A stretch of DNA of 36,968 nt from Ignisphaera sp. (GCA_038889075.1 JAWAHS010000015.1:1-36968), one strand, 5' to 3'. Positions 27,319 through 36,968 are shown, counted from the first letter of the stretch. Numbers and translations are program-made. Notes: generated by a model from the letters alone, not told the origin.

Positions 27319-28287
27319 CTATCTCAGAATCACACCGCCTCTAAATGACTCTAGGAAAGCCTCTAGATCTCTCCAGGAGGGCTGGGCCTCTACATCACCT
27401 CTCACAGTAACTACCAATGCCCCTGCAGCTGAGGCATAGAGTAGAGCTTGATCTATCGATAGCCCTTTGTATATAGAGGCTAGAAAGGCGGCATTGAAGG
27501 CATCTCCAGCACCAATAACATCCTCTACCATAGATATTTTGAATGCCTCTACTCTATATTCATTCAGCTTAGCATCGTAGGCAACGGCACCCTTATCACC
27601 AAGTTTTACAACAACTATCTCACATCCATTATCTAAAATCTTTGAAACAGCATCTCTTTGATATAGACCTGGAAATAGAATTTCAAGATCCTTAGCATTC
27701 GTAAACACTATCTTTGCCTGTAGAAAGGGTGTTAGCGCATTTCTTGCTCTCGAGGGATCTTTCCACAGCTTCATACGGATATTTGTATCGAGGACTATAT
27801 CGAGACCTCCAGATTTCGCAATTCTATACATCTTCTCTACAGCGGCATAGCATGTACTGCTAAGAGCAGGTGTAATACCTGTAAGGATTACGGTTCTACT
27901 GCCCAATACATACTCCTCATCTACATCATCAGGAGATAGCCTACTTGCAGCTGAACCATGTCTATAGTAGAACACAGTTGATTCTCCTGGGATTGGAAAG
28001 TGCCTCTGTATGAAGTATATACCTGTTGGTGCTGTATCGTCCACCTTCACCTTCGATACATCGACACCCTCGCCTCTTAGAAAATTCGTGACGAGTTTGC
28101 CAAACTCATCATCTCCTACCCTGCTAATAATACCTGTTTTAAATCCTAGCTTAGTTAGACCTACCAACATATTAGCCTCAGAACCTGCAACATGTGTTTC
28201 AAAATATTTTACATATCTTAGAGGCCCAGGGGATAAAGCATTTAATTGAACCAGTACCTCGCCTATAGATACAAAGTCGAGTTTCAA
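27319..28287 (-). CDS. kdgK: PfkB-family sugar kinase, 2-keto-3-deoxygluconate kinase-like
   Basis: AGSEAN, VGDDEFG, PTGIYF, YYR.GSAAS, D.NIR.KLW, DVIGAGDAF. Confidence 0.8.
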   Translation of the reverse strand: MKLDFVSIGEVLVQLNALSPGPLRYVKYFETHVAGSEANMLVGLTKLGFKTGIISRVGDDEFGKLVTNFLRGEGVDVSKVKVDDTAPTGIYFIQRHFPIPGESTVFYYRHGSAASRLSPDDVDEEYVLGSRTVILTGITPALSSTCYAAVEKMYRIAKSGGLDIVLDTNIRMKLWKDPSRARNALTPFLQAKIVFTNAKDLEILFPGLYQRDAVSKILDNGCEIVVVKLGDKGAVAYDAKLNEYRVEAFKISMVEDVIGAGDAFNAAFLASIYKGLSIDQALLYASAAGALVVTVRGDVEAQPSWRDLEAFLESFRGGVILR

Positions 28288-28460
28288 CTGGAAACACCCA
28301 GTAGATCTATGTTATTAGGTGGCTAATATATCTGTTGCCATAGTATATAGAGAGGAACTGGGTTCGGATATCAGTAGTTTGGGCTGTACATGGAAGAAGA
28401 TGATGAGGGTCGTTAGGTTAATAAAGCAATATCTGTAGCTAACTATTGTGTGGCTCTGGT

Positions 28461-29177
28461 ATGCGTAAGATTGTTATTGATAATAGTATTGGTGTTGCAG
28501 AATTTACTGTTAGTAGACCTAAAAACAGCTTCTTTTCAAAGTTAAGTGAACTTGCATCGGCAAAAATATTACTTGAGACTATATACCTACCAGGCATTTC
28601 TCGATACCTTGTCATCGCCTATTCCTATAATAGGGATATCGGTAGATACATTCCCCTACTTATACGGGATAGCAAATATCTTGTAAAGGGTAAGATTAGA
28701 AAGATAAAGTATTTTGAATGTGGAGGACTCTTTATTATAGTTGCAGTAAAGTCGCAATGTGAATTTCTTAAAATTACTGAAAATAGTAATGTATCTGTAC
28801 TATATCCATATATTATCGATAAGGGGTTTAGAACATTTACTGTCCTTGGCGAAAAGAAGGATCTAGACCTCTATACGGATGAGATCATTAGGTACTATGG
28901 TGAAGAGAATGTTGAATACCGCAGTATCAACTCTATTGAAAAACTGGTCCATACATTAATGAGGAAATCTCTACTAAACTTAGTTACAGAAAAGCTTACT
29001 GATATGGAATTAAATGTTATTATGCTCGCCTACAGAAACAGATACTTTAACTACCCCAAGGGTTCAAGCCAAGAAGCTATAGGCACGTTATTGGGGCTTT
29101 CAAAAATTACAGTAAATATCCATATGAGAAAGGCTTTGAAAAAAATAGTTGAAGAAGTTGTAAAGGCAAGTAGCTAA
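28461..29177 (+). CDS. Transcriptional regulator with C-terminal HTH-10 (bacterio-opsin activator-type) domain
   Basis: LTDMEL.V..LAY...YF.YPK.......G..LGLSK.TV.IH.RKA.KKI. Divergent from the kinase gene. Confidence 0.8.
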   Translation: MRKIVIDNSIGVAEFTVSRPKNSFFSKLSELASAKILLETIYLPGISRYLVIAYSYNRDIGRYIPLLIRDSKYLVKGKIRKIKYFECGGLFIIVAVKSQCEFLKITENSNVSVLYPYIIDKGFRTFTVLGEKKDLDLYTDEIIRYYGEENVEYRSINSIEKLVHTLMRKSLLNLVTEKLTDMELNVIMLAYRNRYFNYPKGSSQEAIGTLLGLSKITVNIHMRKALKKIVEEVVKASS

Positions 29178-29359
29178 AATTAGTATAGTAGGGCTGTACG
29201 CAACTCTAGTTTTTGGAGATATGTATGAAATAGATAGAGCGTATTAATTCGGTTTAGTAATCCAGATTCTATTTTCTGTAGATGATGGAGACCACTACAT
29301 ATTAGATGCACTGGTTCAGGGGGTCTCTATAGAATTTTGGCAATGGTGCTAGGCGACTG

Positions 29360-30730
29360 TTATTCGTATTTGATCGCTATTGCGATGATTTTCTTTGCTA
29401 CGTCTATAGCATCCTTTCCAAATATTCTTATCATAGGCTCTTTTCCAATATCACCAAAGTCGTAGACTATATCAACGGGTTTTCCATGTTTTTCTATAGC
29501 GTATTCTATCCCCCACTTTATGGTCGCTCCCTCAGTTGCTTTAATCTCTGCTGGTTCCTCCCTTCTATCAAAGTATGCTGTTGTTAGTCCGATGCTCTCT
29601 GCAATCTCTATAAGCTTTCTGCTGTAGGCTATGTTTGCAGCCGCTCTATACTCTGGATACAGCTTAATCATTGTAAGTATTGCGTTTGCTATATGTTTTG
29701 AAACGCCAAACTCTGGCTTGCCCTTAACCATTATACTATCTCTGTACCTCGTTATCCTGCCCGGGATGGCAGCTACATCAAGTGGTGTTCTTGCATAGAG
29801 TGGATCTATAGCCATACCTATATTCATACCCACCTCGGGCACAACTCTTGCTACAGCTCTACTGTTTTCAGTAAGTATTTCTACAGCTCTTTCAACGTTT
29901 TCTAGAACTCTATATCTCTCTGCAGGTATATAGATGTAGGCAGTGGGGTTTACAGATCCATATCCAGATCCTATATCGATACCATACTCTATAGCTATTG
30001 AGATGAACTCCTTTGCAGAGGAGACTGCATCTACAACATCCTTTCCCTTAGCAAGACCAGCTGCTATAGCTGCTGAAAAGCTGCAGCCCGTTCCATGTGT
30101 ATTTCTGGTGGCTATCCTCCTACTTTTAAATTCGTAGAACGAACCTCTGTAGTACAGTACATCGATAGCGTATTCACCCTCTATATGACCACCCTTGATA
30201 ACAGCAGCCTCACAGCCATAGGTATCGACAAGCATCTGAGCAGCCTCCCTAGCCTCCTCTACACCCCTTATCTCAATACCTAGCAGCACCTCAGCCTCCA
30301 TCCTATTCGGTGTAACAACCTTTGCAGCTGGGATGAGCTCTCTCTTAAGAGTATCTACAGCATCCTCCCTCAGTAGCCTAGCACCAGACTTAGCAATCAT
30401 AACAGGGTCTACAACTATGGGAAAGCCATATCTTCTAATAGCTTTTGAAACAGCTGAGATTATGGGGGCACTACTCAGCATACCGGTTTTTGCAGCATCG
30501 ACACCGATATCATCTACAACAGCCTCGATCTGCATAACAATAAAATCGGGTGGAAGATCGTATACAGCTCTAACCTCCCTACTATTCTGAGCTGTTAGGC
30601 TAGTGATTGCAGATGCTCCGTGAACGCCCATAGCGGCAAACGTCTTTAGATCAGCCTGTATACCAGCACCACCACCAGAGTCGCTACCCGCAATAGTCAT
30701 TGCAACAGCAATCCTTCTAGGCATATCCAT
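29360..30730 (-). CDS. thiD: Bifunctional HMP/HMP-P kinase and thiamine-phosphate synthase (ThiD-ThiN fusion)
   Basis: [27 protein letters not shown] and HGTGC, then the ThiN domain (PEVGMN, PEFG.S.H, DRREEP, G..GKEPM). Start at ATG 30730. Confidence 0.93.
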   Translation of the reverse strand: MDMPRRIAVAMTIAGSDSGGGAGIQADLKTFAAMGVHGASAITSLTAQNSREVRAVYDLPPDFIVMQIEAVVDDIGVDAAKTGMLSSAPIISAVSKAIRRYGFPIVVDPVMIAKSGARLLREDAVDTLKRELIPAAKVVTPNRMEAEVLLGIEIRGVEEAREAAQMLVDTYGCEAAVIKGGHIEGEYAIDVLYYRGSFYEFKSRRIATRNTHGTGCSFSAAIAAGLAKGKDVVDAVSSAKEFISIAIEYGIDIGSGYGSVNPTAYIYIPAERYRVLENVERAVEILTENSRAVARVVPEVGMNIGMAIDPLYARTPLDVAAIPGRITRYRDSIMVKGKPEFGVSKHIANAILTMIKLYPEYRAAANIAYSRKLIEIAESIGLTTAYFDRREEPAEIKATEGATIKWGIEYAIEKHGKPVDIVYDFGDIGKEPMIRIFGKDAIDVAKKIIAIAIKYE

Positions 30731-30910
30731 AGACACCAATAAGTATAGAGATATAGAGACGGCTAAAAAGATAGCTATATTAACACCTGACATAAAAACC
30801 GATTCAAACAGCCGTTCCTAGAAGCACATCCATTAGATGAGGATAGCTGTATATAGGGGGGCGTAAAGTTTTTTTATTGTATCCCATCTACTATCGGTAG
30901 GTGGTGCATC

Positions 30911-31903
30911 TTGAAACCATCCGATTTAAGGAGATTTGTAGCTGGAGGGGCTATACAGATAGTTATGGTAACACCGTTCAAGGATGGTGAGGAGGTCGAC
31001 TACGATGGTTTGAGGGAGAATACCGAATTCCTTGTTGAGAGGGTGCGTGGTAAGCCATTTATCCTAACACCGACTGGGAGTACAGGGGAATTCTATGCCC
31101 TTAGTGATGAGGAATGGCGCAGGGCTGTTTCTGTGGTAATTGATGTTGCTGGTGGTAAGGTTCCCATAGTCGTCGGCTGCTCACATGCAGGAGCTGTACC
31201 AGCTTTAGAGAGGGCTAGATATGCCCAGGATGCAGGTGCCGATGGTGCTATGGTTGTACTTCCATACTATCACGTACCCAGTGAGGAGGGGCTGTACAAC
31301 TTCTATAGAAAGGTAGCTGAATCCATAGATATTGGACTGGCTATATACAACAATCCCGATGTGTCGAAGATATACATGAAGCCGCATATACTGAGGAAGC
31401 TCGTAGATTCTGTAGATAATATAGTGTTTGTAAAGGAGAATACACCGTATCCACCAATGCTATACAGGCAGATAAAGACTGTAGGAGATAGAGTTCCCAT
31501 CATAGAGGGTAGGGGTGAGTGGTGGTTTCTAGCAACAGCAGCATTCCTAGGTGCAAGAGGATTCACATCAGGCTATGCAAACTTTATGCCAGAAGTAAGC
31601 CTAGAGATACTCTACGCAGGACTGGGTAGAGATTTCGATAGAATGAGAAGGTATATAGAGTTTTTAGAACCGTATGAGGTATTCATAGATAAGATGAATG
31701 CAAAGTACGGACCATCAACAACAGTACTACCACACCCATATATAGATCAGTACATGGTTTACAGCGTTATAAAGAATTCAATGAATATCATCGGACTGAG
31801 GGGAGGACGAATGAGACTACCTCTAACAGATATAGCAAGGGAAGATATGGAGGAGCTAAAAGATATAGTATTCAATAAACTCAAGCTTACAGAAATAAAA
31901 TAG
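30911..31903 (+). CDS. DHDPS/NAL-family Schiff-base aldolase or dehydratase (KDG-aldolase-like)
   Basis: TPF, GSTGEF, PYY, IYNNP, Schiff-base Lys in VKE, R.PL. Confidence 0.85.
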   Translation: MKPSDLRRFVAGGAIQIVMVTPFKDGEEVDYDGLRENTEFLVERVRGKPFILTPTGSTGEFYALSDEEWRRAVSVVIDVAGGKVPIVVGCSHAGAVPALERARYAQDAGADGAMVVLPYYHVPSEEGLYNFYRKVAESIDIGLAIYNNPDVSKIYMKPHILRKLVDSVDNIVFVKENTPYPPMLYRQIKTVGDRVPIIEGRGEWWFLATAAFLGARGFTSGYANFMPEVSLEILYAGLGRDFDRMRRYIEFLEPYEVFIDKMNAKYGPSTTVLPHPYIDQYMVYSVIKNSMNIIGLRGGRMRLPLTDIAREDMEELKDIVFNKLKLTEIK

Positions 31904-32172
31904 CTCCACACACAACGATAGCAAACGTTCAAGATTGTAGACAGTAGAGCTGTTATCCCTGCAGTCCCTATGACAAATCTACACAGTACAATACTGTAAG
32001 ATTTTTACAAATCTACCCATAGGCAGTACATCAGTTGGGTATGAGATAGCCGCCACCAATATCTAGACTCTAATATTGGTACCAAACTGAGTTGCAGCAT
32101 CAATCAGGTACCGGAGATGGTAGACCGATATCAAGGGTCTATCTACCCTGGGTTGGAGATTTCTAAAAATGG

Positions 32173-32196
32173 GCCTCCCACTTTAGAAGGTGGGGA
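32173..32196 (+). repeat. Degenerate IS-end-like palindrome (GCCTCCCACTTTAGAAGGTGGGG)
   Basis: Hairpin around CTTTAG, similar to 1565-1600. Confidence 0.4.
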
Positions 32197-32227
32197 TCTC
32201 TAGCTACAATACCACTCTGTATTGCTG

Positions 32228-32752
32228 CTATTGTTTGCCAGAGCTTACAATTTCGATAGCATTTCCATCCAGAAATGCTAGAGGCGTCTCTTCAGAACCT
32301 TGATATGCTTCTACAACCTCAGCAATAAACAGTACATGGTCTCCAGCTATATGCTTGCTAACAACTTTGCATTCCATAATCACAGGAGCTATTGGAATTA
32401 TAGGGGCTGTGACTCTACGAGCCTTTACAGGCTCTATTCCTAGTAGCTTAAACTTGTCAACATCTCTACCACTTAGACTACCAAATATATTTACAGCAGC
32501 ATCCACAAGTTTTTTGGAAACCGTATGTACAGCAAATGCTCCATACTCCTCTATCAGCTGGTATGTATATTTAGAAGGTCCTATCGAAATTGCAAAGAGC
32601 GGTGGATTCCATGAGACTCTAGAGCCCCATGCTACAGTCATCCCACCTCTCTTACGCGGATTTTCAGGATCTCCAGCAGTTACTATTATTAGTGTATGTG
32701 GAACCAGATCCAGCGCTCTAAATACATCTATGGATATCATATCACACCACAT
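32228..32752 (-). CDS. Flavin reductase-like (FMN-binding split-barrel) protein
   Basis: MTVAW...VS.NPP, FG..SGR.VDKF, EC.V....AGDH.LF..EV. Confidence 0.88.
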   Translation of the reverse strand: MWCDMISIDVFRALDLVPHTLIIVTAGDPENPRKRGGMTVAWGSRVSWNPPLFAISIGPSKYTYQLIEEYGAFAVHTVSKKLVDAAVNIFGSLSGRDVDKFKLLGIEPVKARRVTAPIIPIAPVIMECKVVSKHIAGDHVLFIAEVVEAYQGSEETPLAFLDGNAIEIVSSGKQ

Positions 32753-33091
32753 ATATTTAGGGTAACCCCATCCCTAGGTTTAAAAGTCTTTCTGTAAAGC
32801 CGCAGAAGCTGTGATACTCTACTATGAACTGGAAGCAGTAAACCGATAATAGCTGAAGAAACTTCACCTCTCTCCCGGTACAGTCTCCTCAGCTCTATTA
32901 AGGGCTTAAATAGTATGGTTTGAGGATTCGGCATCCATTCAAAACTCTACCTAAATTGCTACATGTTTTATTACAAGGAAAATTTATAAAAGGCTTACAT
33001 ACAAGAATTTGTTATAAATACAAAAATGTTATAAATATGAAAACCTCTATATCTAAGTGTATGTGTATGGCACCTGGACCGGGTAACTGGT

Positions 33092-34522
33092 ATGGAATGG
33101 TTTGAATTTGGTGTTGCTGGTCTGGATACTATTCTTAGTGGTGCCCTATCTAGAGGATCGCTGCTTGTTGTTGCTGGCCATCCCGGCTCAGGTAAGACAA
33201 CCCTTGCCTCAACCATATGCTATAGAAATGCTCTGAATGGCCATAAATGTCTCTATATATCCCTTCAGGAAGATAAGGAGAAGCTATTTAGAAATATGAA
33301 GAGACTTGGGATAGATCTATATGATATTGAGGGTAGAGGACTGCTAGGGTTCCTCAAGCTTCCCCTAACAGCCGATGCTGAAAGCATCTTTGAAGTCTAT
33401 ATAGGTACCATAAATAGGTTTGTATTGGAGCATCGCCCTACCATCATTGTTGTAGACTCTATAACTCCTATTCTAAAGGCTATCGAAGGTGGTACCAGGG
33501 CTAGAGCAGTGCTCCAGAATTTCTTCTTCGAACTTCCAAAGTTGGTAAACGGTCTAGTTGTCCTCGTGGCTGAGATTCCCTTAGCAGAGGAAAGGATTGA
33601 GCCTGGTGATATAGAGTTTGTTGCAGATACTATTCTAATAATGAGGCATAGAGTAGTTGACAAGCTGTTGCATAGGGAGATTGAGATTAGAAAAGCCAGA
33701 GGTGCACCCTTATCAATAGCAAGGATATTTTTCTCTATAGCTGAGGGCCAGGGTATAAAGGTCTATATACCACCAAGACTTGCAGAGATACCACCGCCGA
33801 AAATAGGCATCGTTTTTAAAGGCGTTTGTAGTGAGAGCAAGTGGATGCCGCAGCTACACCCTGGAGAGGTTGTATACATCTCCTATCCTCCACATATGTT
33901 TCCAGCGATGCACTTGATCATAGCAACGGCCTATGCTATATTAAATGGAGGGAAAATGCTTGTAATCAGCTATGAGCATTCTCCCGACTACATATGGCAC
34001 ATGGTGGCAGAGACCCTTAGAATGCAGCTAGCGATCGAAGTACCGATCGAGAACCTTAAGGAAGCCCTTGGAAACTATGTGTCTATAGAGGCTTACAGCC
34101 CAGTTGCATACATCTTTGAGGAACTCTACTATCTGGCCCTAGAAGCAGCGACAAGGGTTAGACCAAATATGATGATACTCCTTTGCAACCCTGGGCTGAG
34201 TCATGGAAGAGAATTCATTGGAAGATATAGCGGTCTAGTATACAATTTGCTTCTATACTTTAGGAAGCTCGGTATCGCCACAATACTTCTCTCTCCATAT
34301 CACAGAGATGCGTATAGGCTGTTCTCACATATAGCAGACATCATCATTAGGACAAGGACTATTGGTACAAAAGATGGTGAGGCAATCGTATACTACATAG
34401 CTAGAAAGGGAAGGTATACAACAGCTGTTAAGGATGAGGACTTTACACAATGTGTAAAGGAAGCTATAGAGGTGCTCAGCAATACTATCATCCATCACAG
34501 AGCTTCGCCCAGGAACCCATGA
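33092..34522 (+). CDS. KaiC/RAD55-like RecA-fold ATPase with a degenerate second domain
   Basis: GHPGSGKT, YISLQE, VVDS, EFVAD, IRKARG. The C-terminal half lacks a Walker A motif. Confidence 0.88.
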   Translation: MEWFEFGVAGLDTILSGALSRGSLLVVAGHPGSGKTTLASTICYRNALNGHKCLYISLQEDKEKLFRNMKRLGIDLYDIEGRGLLGFLKLPLTADAESIFEVYIGTINRFVLEHRPTIIVVDSITPILKAIEGGTRARAVLQNFFFELPKLVNGLVVLVAEIPLAEERIEPGDIEFVADTILIMRHRVVDKLLHREIEIRKARGAPLSIARIFFSIAEGQGIKVYIPPRLAEIPPPKIGIVFKGVCSESKWMPQLHPGEVVYISYPPHMFPAMHLIIATAYAILNGGKMLVISYEHSPDYIWHMVAETLRMQLAIEVPIENLKEALGNYVSIEAYSPVAYIFEELYYLALEAATRVRPNMMILLCNPGLSHGREFIGRYSGLVYNLLLYFRKLGIATILLSPYHRDAYRLFSHIADIIIRTRTIGTKDGEAIVYYIARKGRYTTAVKDEDFTQCVKEAIEVLSNTIIHHRASPRNP

Positions 34523-34604
34523 ATACCTAGCTTTAAGTGCTCTTCGTAGCAAGCCTGGAACCTACTCCATACAGTCTGCAGATCTATTTAAGATCTTGCA
34601 ATCG

Positions 34605-34640
34605 AAGAACCCCGTTACTTTAGAATGGAAGAGGAGTCGG
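34605..34640 (+). repeat. Degenerate IS-end-like motif (GAACCCCGTTACTTTAGAATGGAAGAGGAGTCGG)
   Basis: Shares ACTTTAG and GGA.GAGGA..GTCGG with 1565-1600. Confidence 0.4.
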
Positions 34641-34709
34641 TGATTAGACTAGGGGGTACTGTACTAAAGTTTGCTCTCCAATCTATGTGGTAGCTTTAAG
34701 AATGCTCTT

Positions 34710-35735
34710 CTACAGAATCGCAACGGGTTTTATGTAGCTCCTCCTACTAGTACCACGTATGATCTCTAGCGTCTCATTGAGATCAACTCTATCGATGATG
34801 GTGTCGAGCTCGTCTAGCTTTTTGAGAAAATCTATGGCTCTCTGCATTGTGTAGGGGTTTACATATGATCCTATGACTGTAATCTCCTTTCTATATATTG
34901 TGTGAGGCTCTATCTCAACGGTTTTACCCGGGGGTGCTACACCGAATAGGAGTATCTTTGCCTGTGGTGCTACCATATCGAGTTTTAGTATCCTTGATAT
35001 AGCGTCTATGTTTCCAGATGCATCTATAACTATATTGAAGCCTCTACCACCTGTCAGCTCCTTCAAAACCTCTGGCACATCACCTCTAGCTGGATCTATA
35101 ACTAGATCAGCCTTAAGCTCGAGAGCCTTTCTAGCTCTCTGTGGCTGAACCTCGAATACAGCTATATCCGCTACCACAATCCTTCTGAGAATGGCTAGAA
35201 AGGTTAGACCTATGGGGCCAGCACCAAATATAGCTATCTTCTCACCGCCCTTTAAAGGCTTTAGAAGATCTATACCGTGCAGTACGCATGAAAGTGGCTC
35301 TGCCAGAGCAGCTCTCTCAAATGGTATGGCACTGGGTACTCTATAGATGCTTTCAGCGGGAACCACAACCCTTTCAGCAAATCCACCGGATCTAGTAACC
35401 CCTATACCCTCCCACTTCTCACAGAAGTGTCTAGCACCAATTCTACAGTAGTAGCACCTTCCACACGCAACATTAGGATCGACAGCAACACTATCACCAA
35501 CAGCAACACCCTCAACACCTCTCCCAACCTCAATAACGACGCCGGAGAATTCATGGCCTGGTACAACAGGGTACCTAACCCTAGACTCCTCACCTCTAAA
35601 GATATGGATATCGGTACCGCATATTCCACAGGCCCTAACACCAACAACAACCTCACCAGTACCAGCGCTAGGCTCCTCAACCTCGGATATAGCGGCGTCA
35701 AAGGGTTTACGAATAACAAGTGCCTTCATTTCCAA
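34710..35735 (-). CDS. Zn-dependent polyol/sugar-alcohol dehydrogenase (threonine/sorbitol-DH-like)
   Basis: CGICGTD, GHE..G, CGRCYYC......FC, EPLSC, GAGPIG. Confidence 0.9.
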   Translation of the reverse strand: MEMKALVIRKPFDAAISEVEEPSAGTGEVVVGVRACGICGTDIHIFRGEESRVRYPVVPGHEFSGVVIEVGRGVEGVAVGDSVAVDPNVACGRCYYCRIGARHFCEKWEGIGVTRSGGFAERVVVPAESIYRVPSAIPFERAALAEPLSCVLHGIDLLKPLKGGEKIAIFGAGPIGLTFLAILRRIVVADIAVFEVQPQRARKALELKADLVIDPARGDVPEVLKELTGGRGFNIVIDASGNIDAISRILKLDMVAPQAKILLFGVAPPGKTVEIEPHTIYRKEITVIGSYVNPYTMQRAIDFLKKLDELDTIIDRVDLNETLEIIRGTSRRSYIKPVAIL

Positions 35736-35883
35736 TCAGCCAACTATACAGTAGATCATATAGATTTTAAATCTTCGCCTCCCACAAGGCTATAGCAAAC
35801 CTATTTTAGATTTTGACCACGCCTCTAGAGACTCTACTTAGGTAAGGAGCTGGAGAGGATTTCCTTTAGAAGGATCTTCTAGA

Positions 35884-36170
35884 TTGGAGAGCAGAGTTGC
35901 TGTGATTACCGGTGGTGGAGGTAGGATCTGCAGCGCTATAGTGTATGGCTTGGCCGAATTCAGTGCTGATACCGTGTTGCTTGGTGTAGATATCGGTAAT
36001 CTGGTTAGGGTTAGGAGTTTTCTAAAGAGAAGGTTTTCCGAGAGGAGGTTGTGGTTTTCCAGGTGGATGTTACAGGGATTAAGGAGGTTTCAGCAGTTGT
36101 TGATAGAATAGCTAAGGATTTTGGTAGGATTGATATACTTGTCAACCGTCATGGTATTGGATAGTGAATT
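35884..36170 (+). pseudogene. SDR-family oxidoreductase remnant
   Basis: VAVITGGG, a frameshift near 36045, then VVVFQVDVT...VDRIAKDFGRIDILVN.HGIG and a stop codon. No YxxxK region is recognisable. Confidence 0.75.
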
Positions 36171-36391
36171 TCTGCAGAGGATGGGTCTGGAGGATACAAC
36201 ATCTGGTAGGAGGTGCCGAGGTACCATAAAGCTCATGGCTAGCATCCAAAGCTATGTACCGAGCTGAAGCCATCCTATAATTATTCAGCATACACTCTAC
36301 TATACATACCTAGATGGAGGAAGCACATCGCATCTTTAATTGATATATCAGCACAGCTATGAAGCAGAAAGCTATATATAGAATACACTAT

Positions 36392-36968
36392 CTAGTATCG
36401 GTATACCTTTACACCTTTCTGTAGCGCATATTCCTCCACCTCTCTACCGATCATTGTTGTCGCTAGAACTCCTATAACATTCTTTTCTGGATGTTTCATC
36501 CTAACAAGATCTACTTTGGCTACTATTCGACCTATATCCTCATGTCTAGGTTTTATCTTAACTTCAATTACATAGACAGTGCTATCTGTCTCCATATACA
36601 GATCTATATCCGTCTCATCTACTCTATAGTTTCTAATCCTCCTCAATATCTTCTCCCCTCTAGAGGAAGCCTCTATATACAGATCTTCATGGATATATCT
36701 AGCAAAAGAAGCTTCTGTCAAAGCACCTACAGCAAGCTCCAATCTACTCACCCTCTTAATCAATTCTCGAATAGCCTTACTATGCTCCTCTAAAATCTTT
36801 GAATGCTCCTCTAATCTAAGCTCTATAGCCTCAAGCCTTTTCTCTATAGCCTCAAACCTCTTATAAGCCTCCTCCCATCTTCTATTGTTTTCTTCCCATC
36901 TCTTGTTGTTCTCCTCCCATCTTTTGAAGTTCTCCTCCCACTTTCTATCATTCTCCTCCCATCTTCTA
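36392..36968 (-). CDS. Coiled-coil heptad-repeat protein with C-terminal PD-(D/E)XK nuclease-like domain (5'-truncated by window edge)
   Basis: The frame is open to the window end: RRWEENDRKWEENFKRWEENNKRWEENNRRWEEAYKRFEAIEKRLEAIELRLEEHSKILEEHSK...DIDL....VIEVK. Confidence 0.8.
   Translation of the reverse strand, partial: RRWEENDRKWEENFKRWEENNKRWEENNRRWEEAYKRFEAIEKRLEAIELRLEEHSKILEEHSKAIRELIKRVSRLELAVGALTEASFARYIHEDLYIEASSRGEKILRRIRNYRVDETDIDLYMETDSTVYVIEVKIKPRHEDIGRIVAKVDLVRMKHPEKNVIGVLATTMIGREVEEYALQKGVKVYRY
36869..36968 (-). repeat. 21-nt coding tandem repeat (R/K-W-E-E-N-x-K/R), about 5 copies visible
   Basis: Repeated CTCCTCCCA/TTCTTCCCA at 21-nt spacing on the + strand. Confidence 0.85.

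Noticed and set aside
28398-28445. ATGATGA C-box-like motif upstream of the regulator
   Set aside because: No convincing D or D' boxes and no terminal stem.
30731-30910. Possible TPP riboswitch upstream of thiDN
   Set aside because: No CTGAGA or CCTGA-type core motifs were seen on the coding strand.
32737-33105. Short ORFs between the flavin reductase and KaiC-like genes
   Set aside because: No recognisable motifs; the region is AT-rich and looks like divergent promoters.
257-35795. Numerous antisense ORFs of 60-190 aa opposite well-supported genes
   Set aside because: Ser/Ile-rich reverse-complement shadows expected from the codon bias; they show no independent motifs.
36869-36968. CRISPR-like periodicity
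   Set aside because: The 21-nt units are contiguous, have no spacers and are in frame with a coding sequence.

Overview
Gene-dense archaeal chromosome segment, probably a hyperthermophilic Thermoproteota/Desulfurococcales (Ignisphaera-like; inferred from GGTG-type ribosome binding sites, TATA-type promoters, a ThiDN fusion, Pro/Thr-tethered binding proteins and frequent CTAG/CTATAG). It holds two carbohydrate-uptake modules. The first is an Opp-type ABC operon flanked by a GH130-family enzyme and a ceramidase-like hydrolase. The second is a CUT1 sugar ABC operon whose binding protein carries a twin-arginine signal. It lies next to tatA/tatC, an amidohydrolase, a non-canonical FAH-family enzyme, two Zn-dehydrogenases, a KDG kinase and a DHDPS-family aldolase. 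Its two ATPases appear to form a reciprocally degenerate (asymmetric) heterodimer. The most striking non-coding signal is an approximately 260-bp element (about 1153-1412) with its own palindromic TATA promoter and several interlocking, mutually exclusive stems. It resembles an internally deleted TnpB-type element or a stand-alone omegaRNA-like RNA. Three short IS200/IS605-end-like palindromes are dispersed through the window. Other points are a small DPM2-like membrane protein head-to-head with uppP, several eroded genes (mscS frameshift, DUF5305 5' end, PIN, SDR) and a WEEN heptad-repeat PD-(D/E)XK gene running off the right end. No CRISPR array, tRNA or rRNA was seen. All family assignments come from motif recognition, not database searches.
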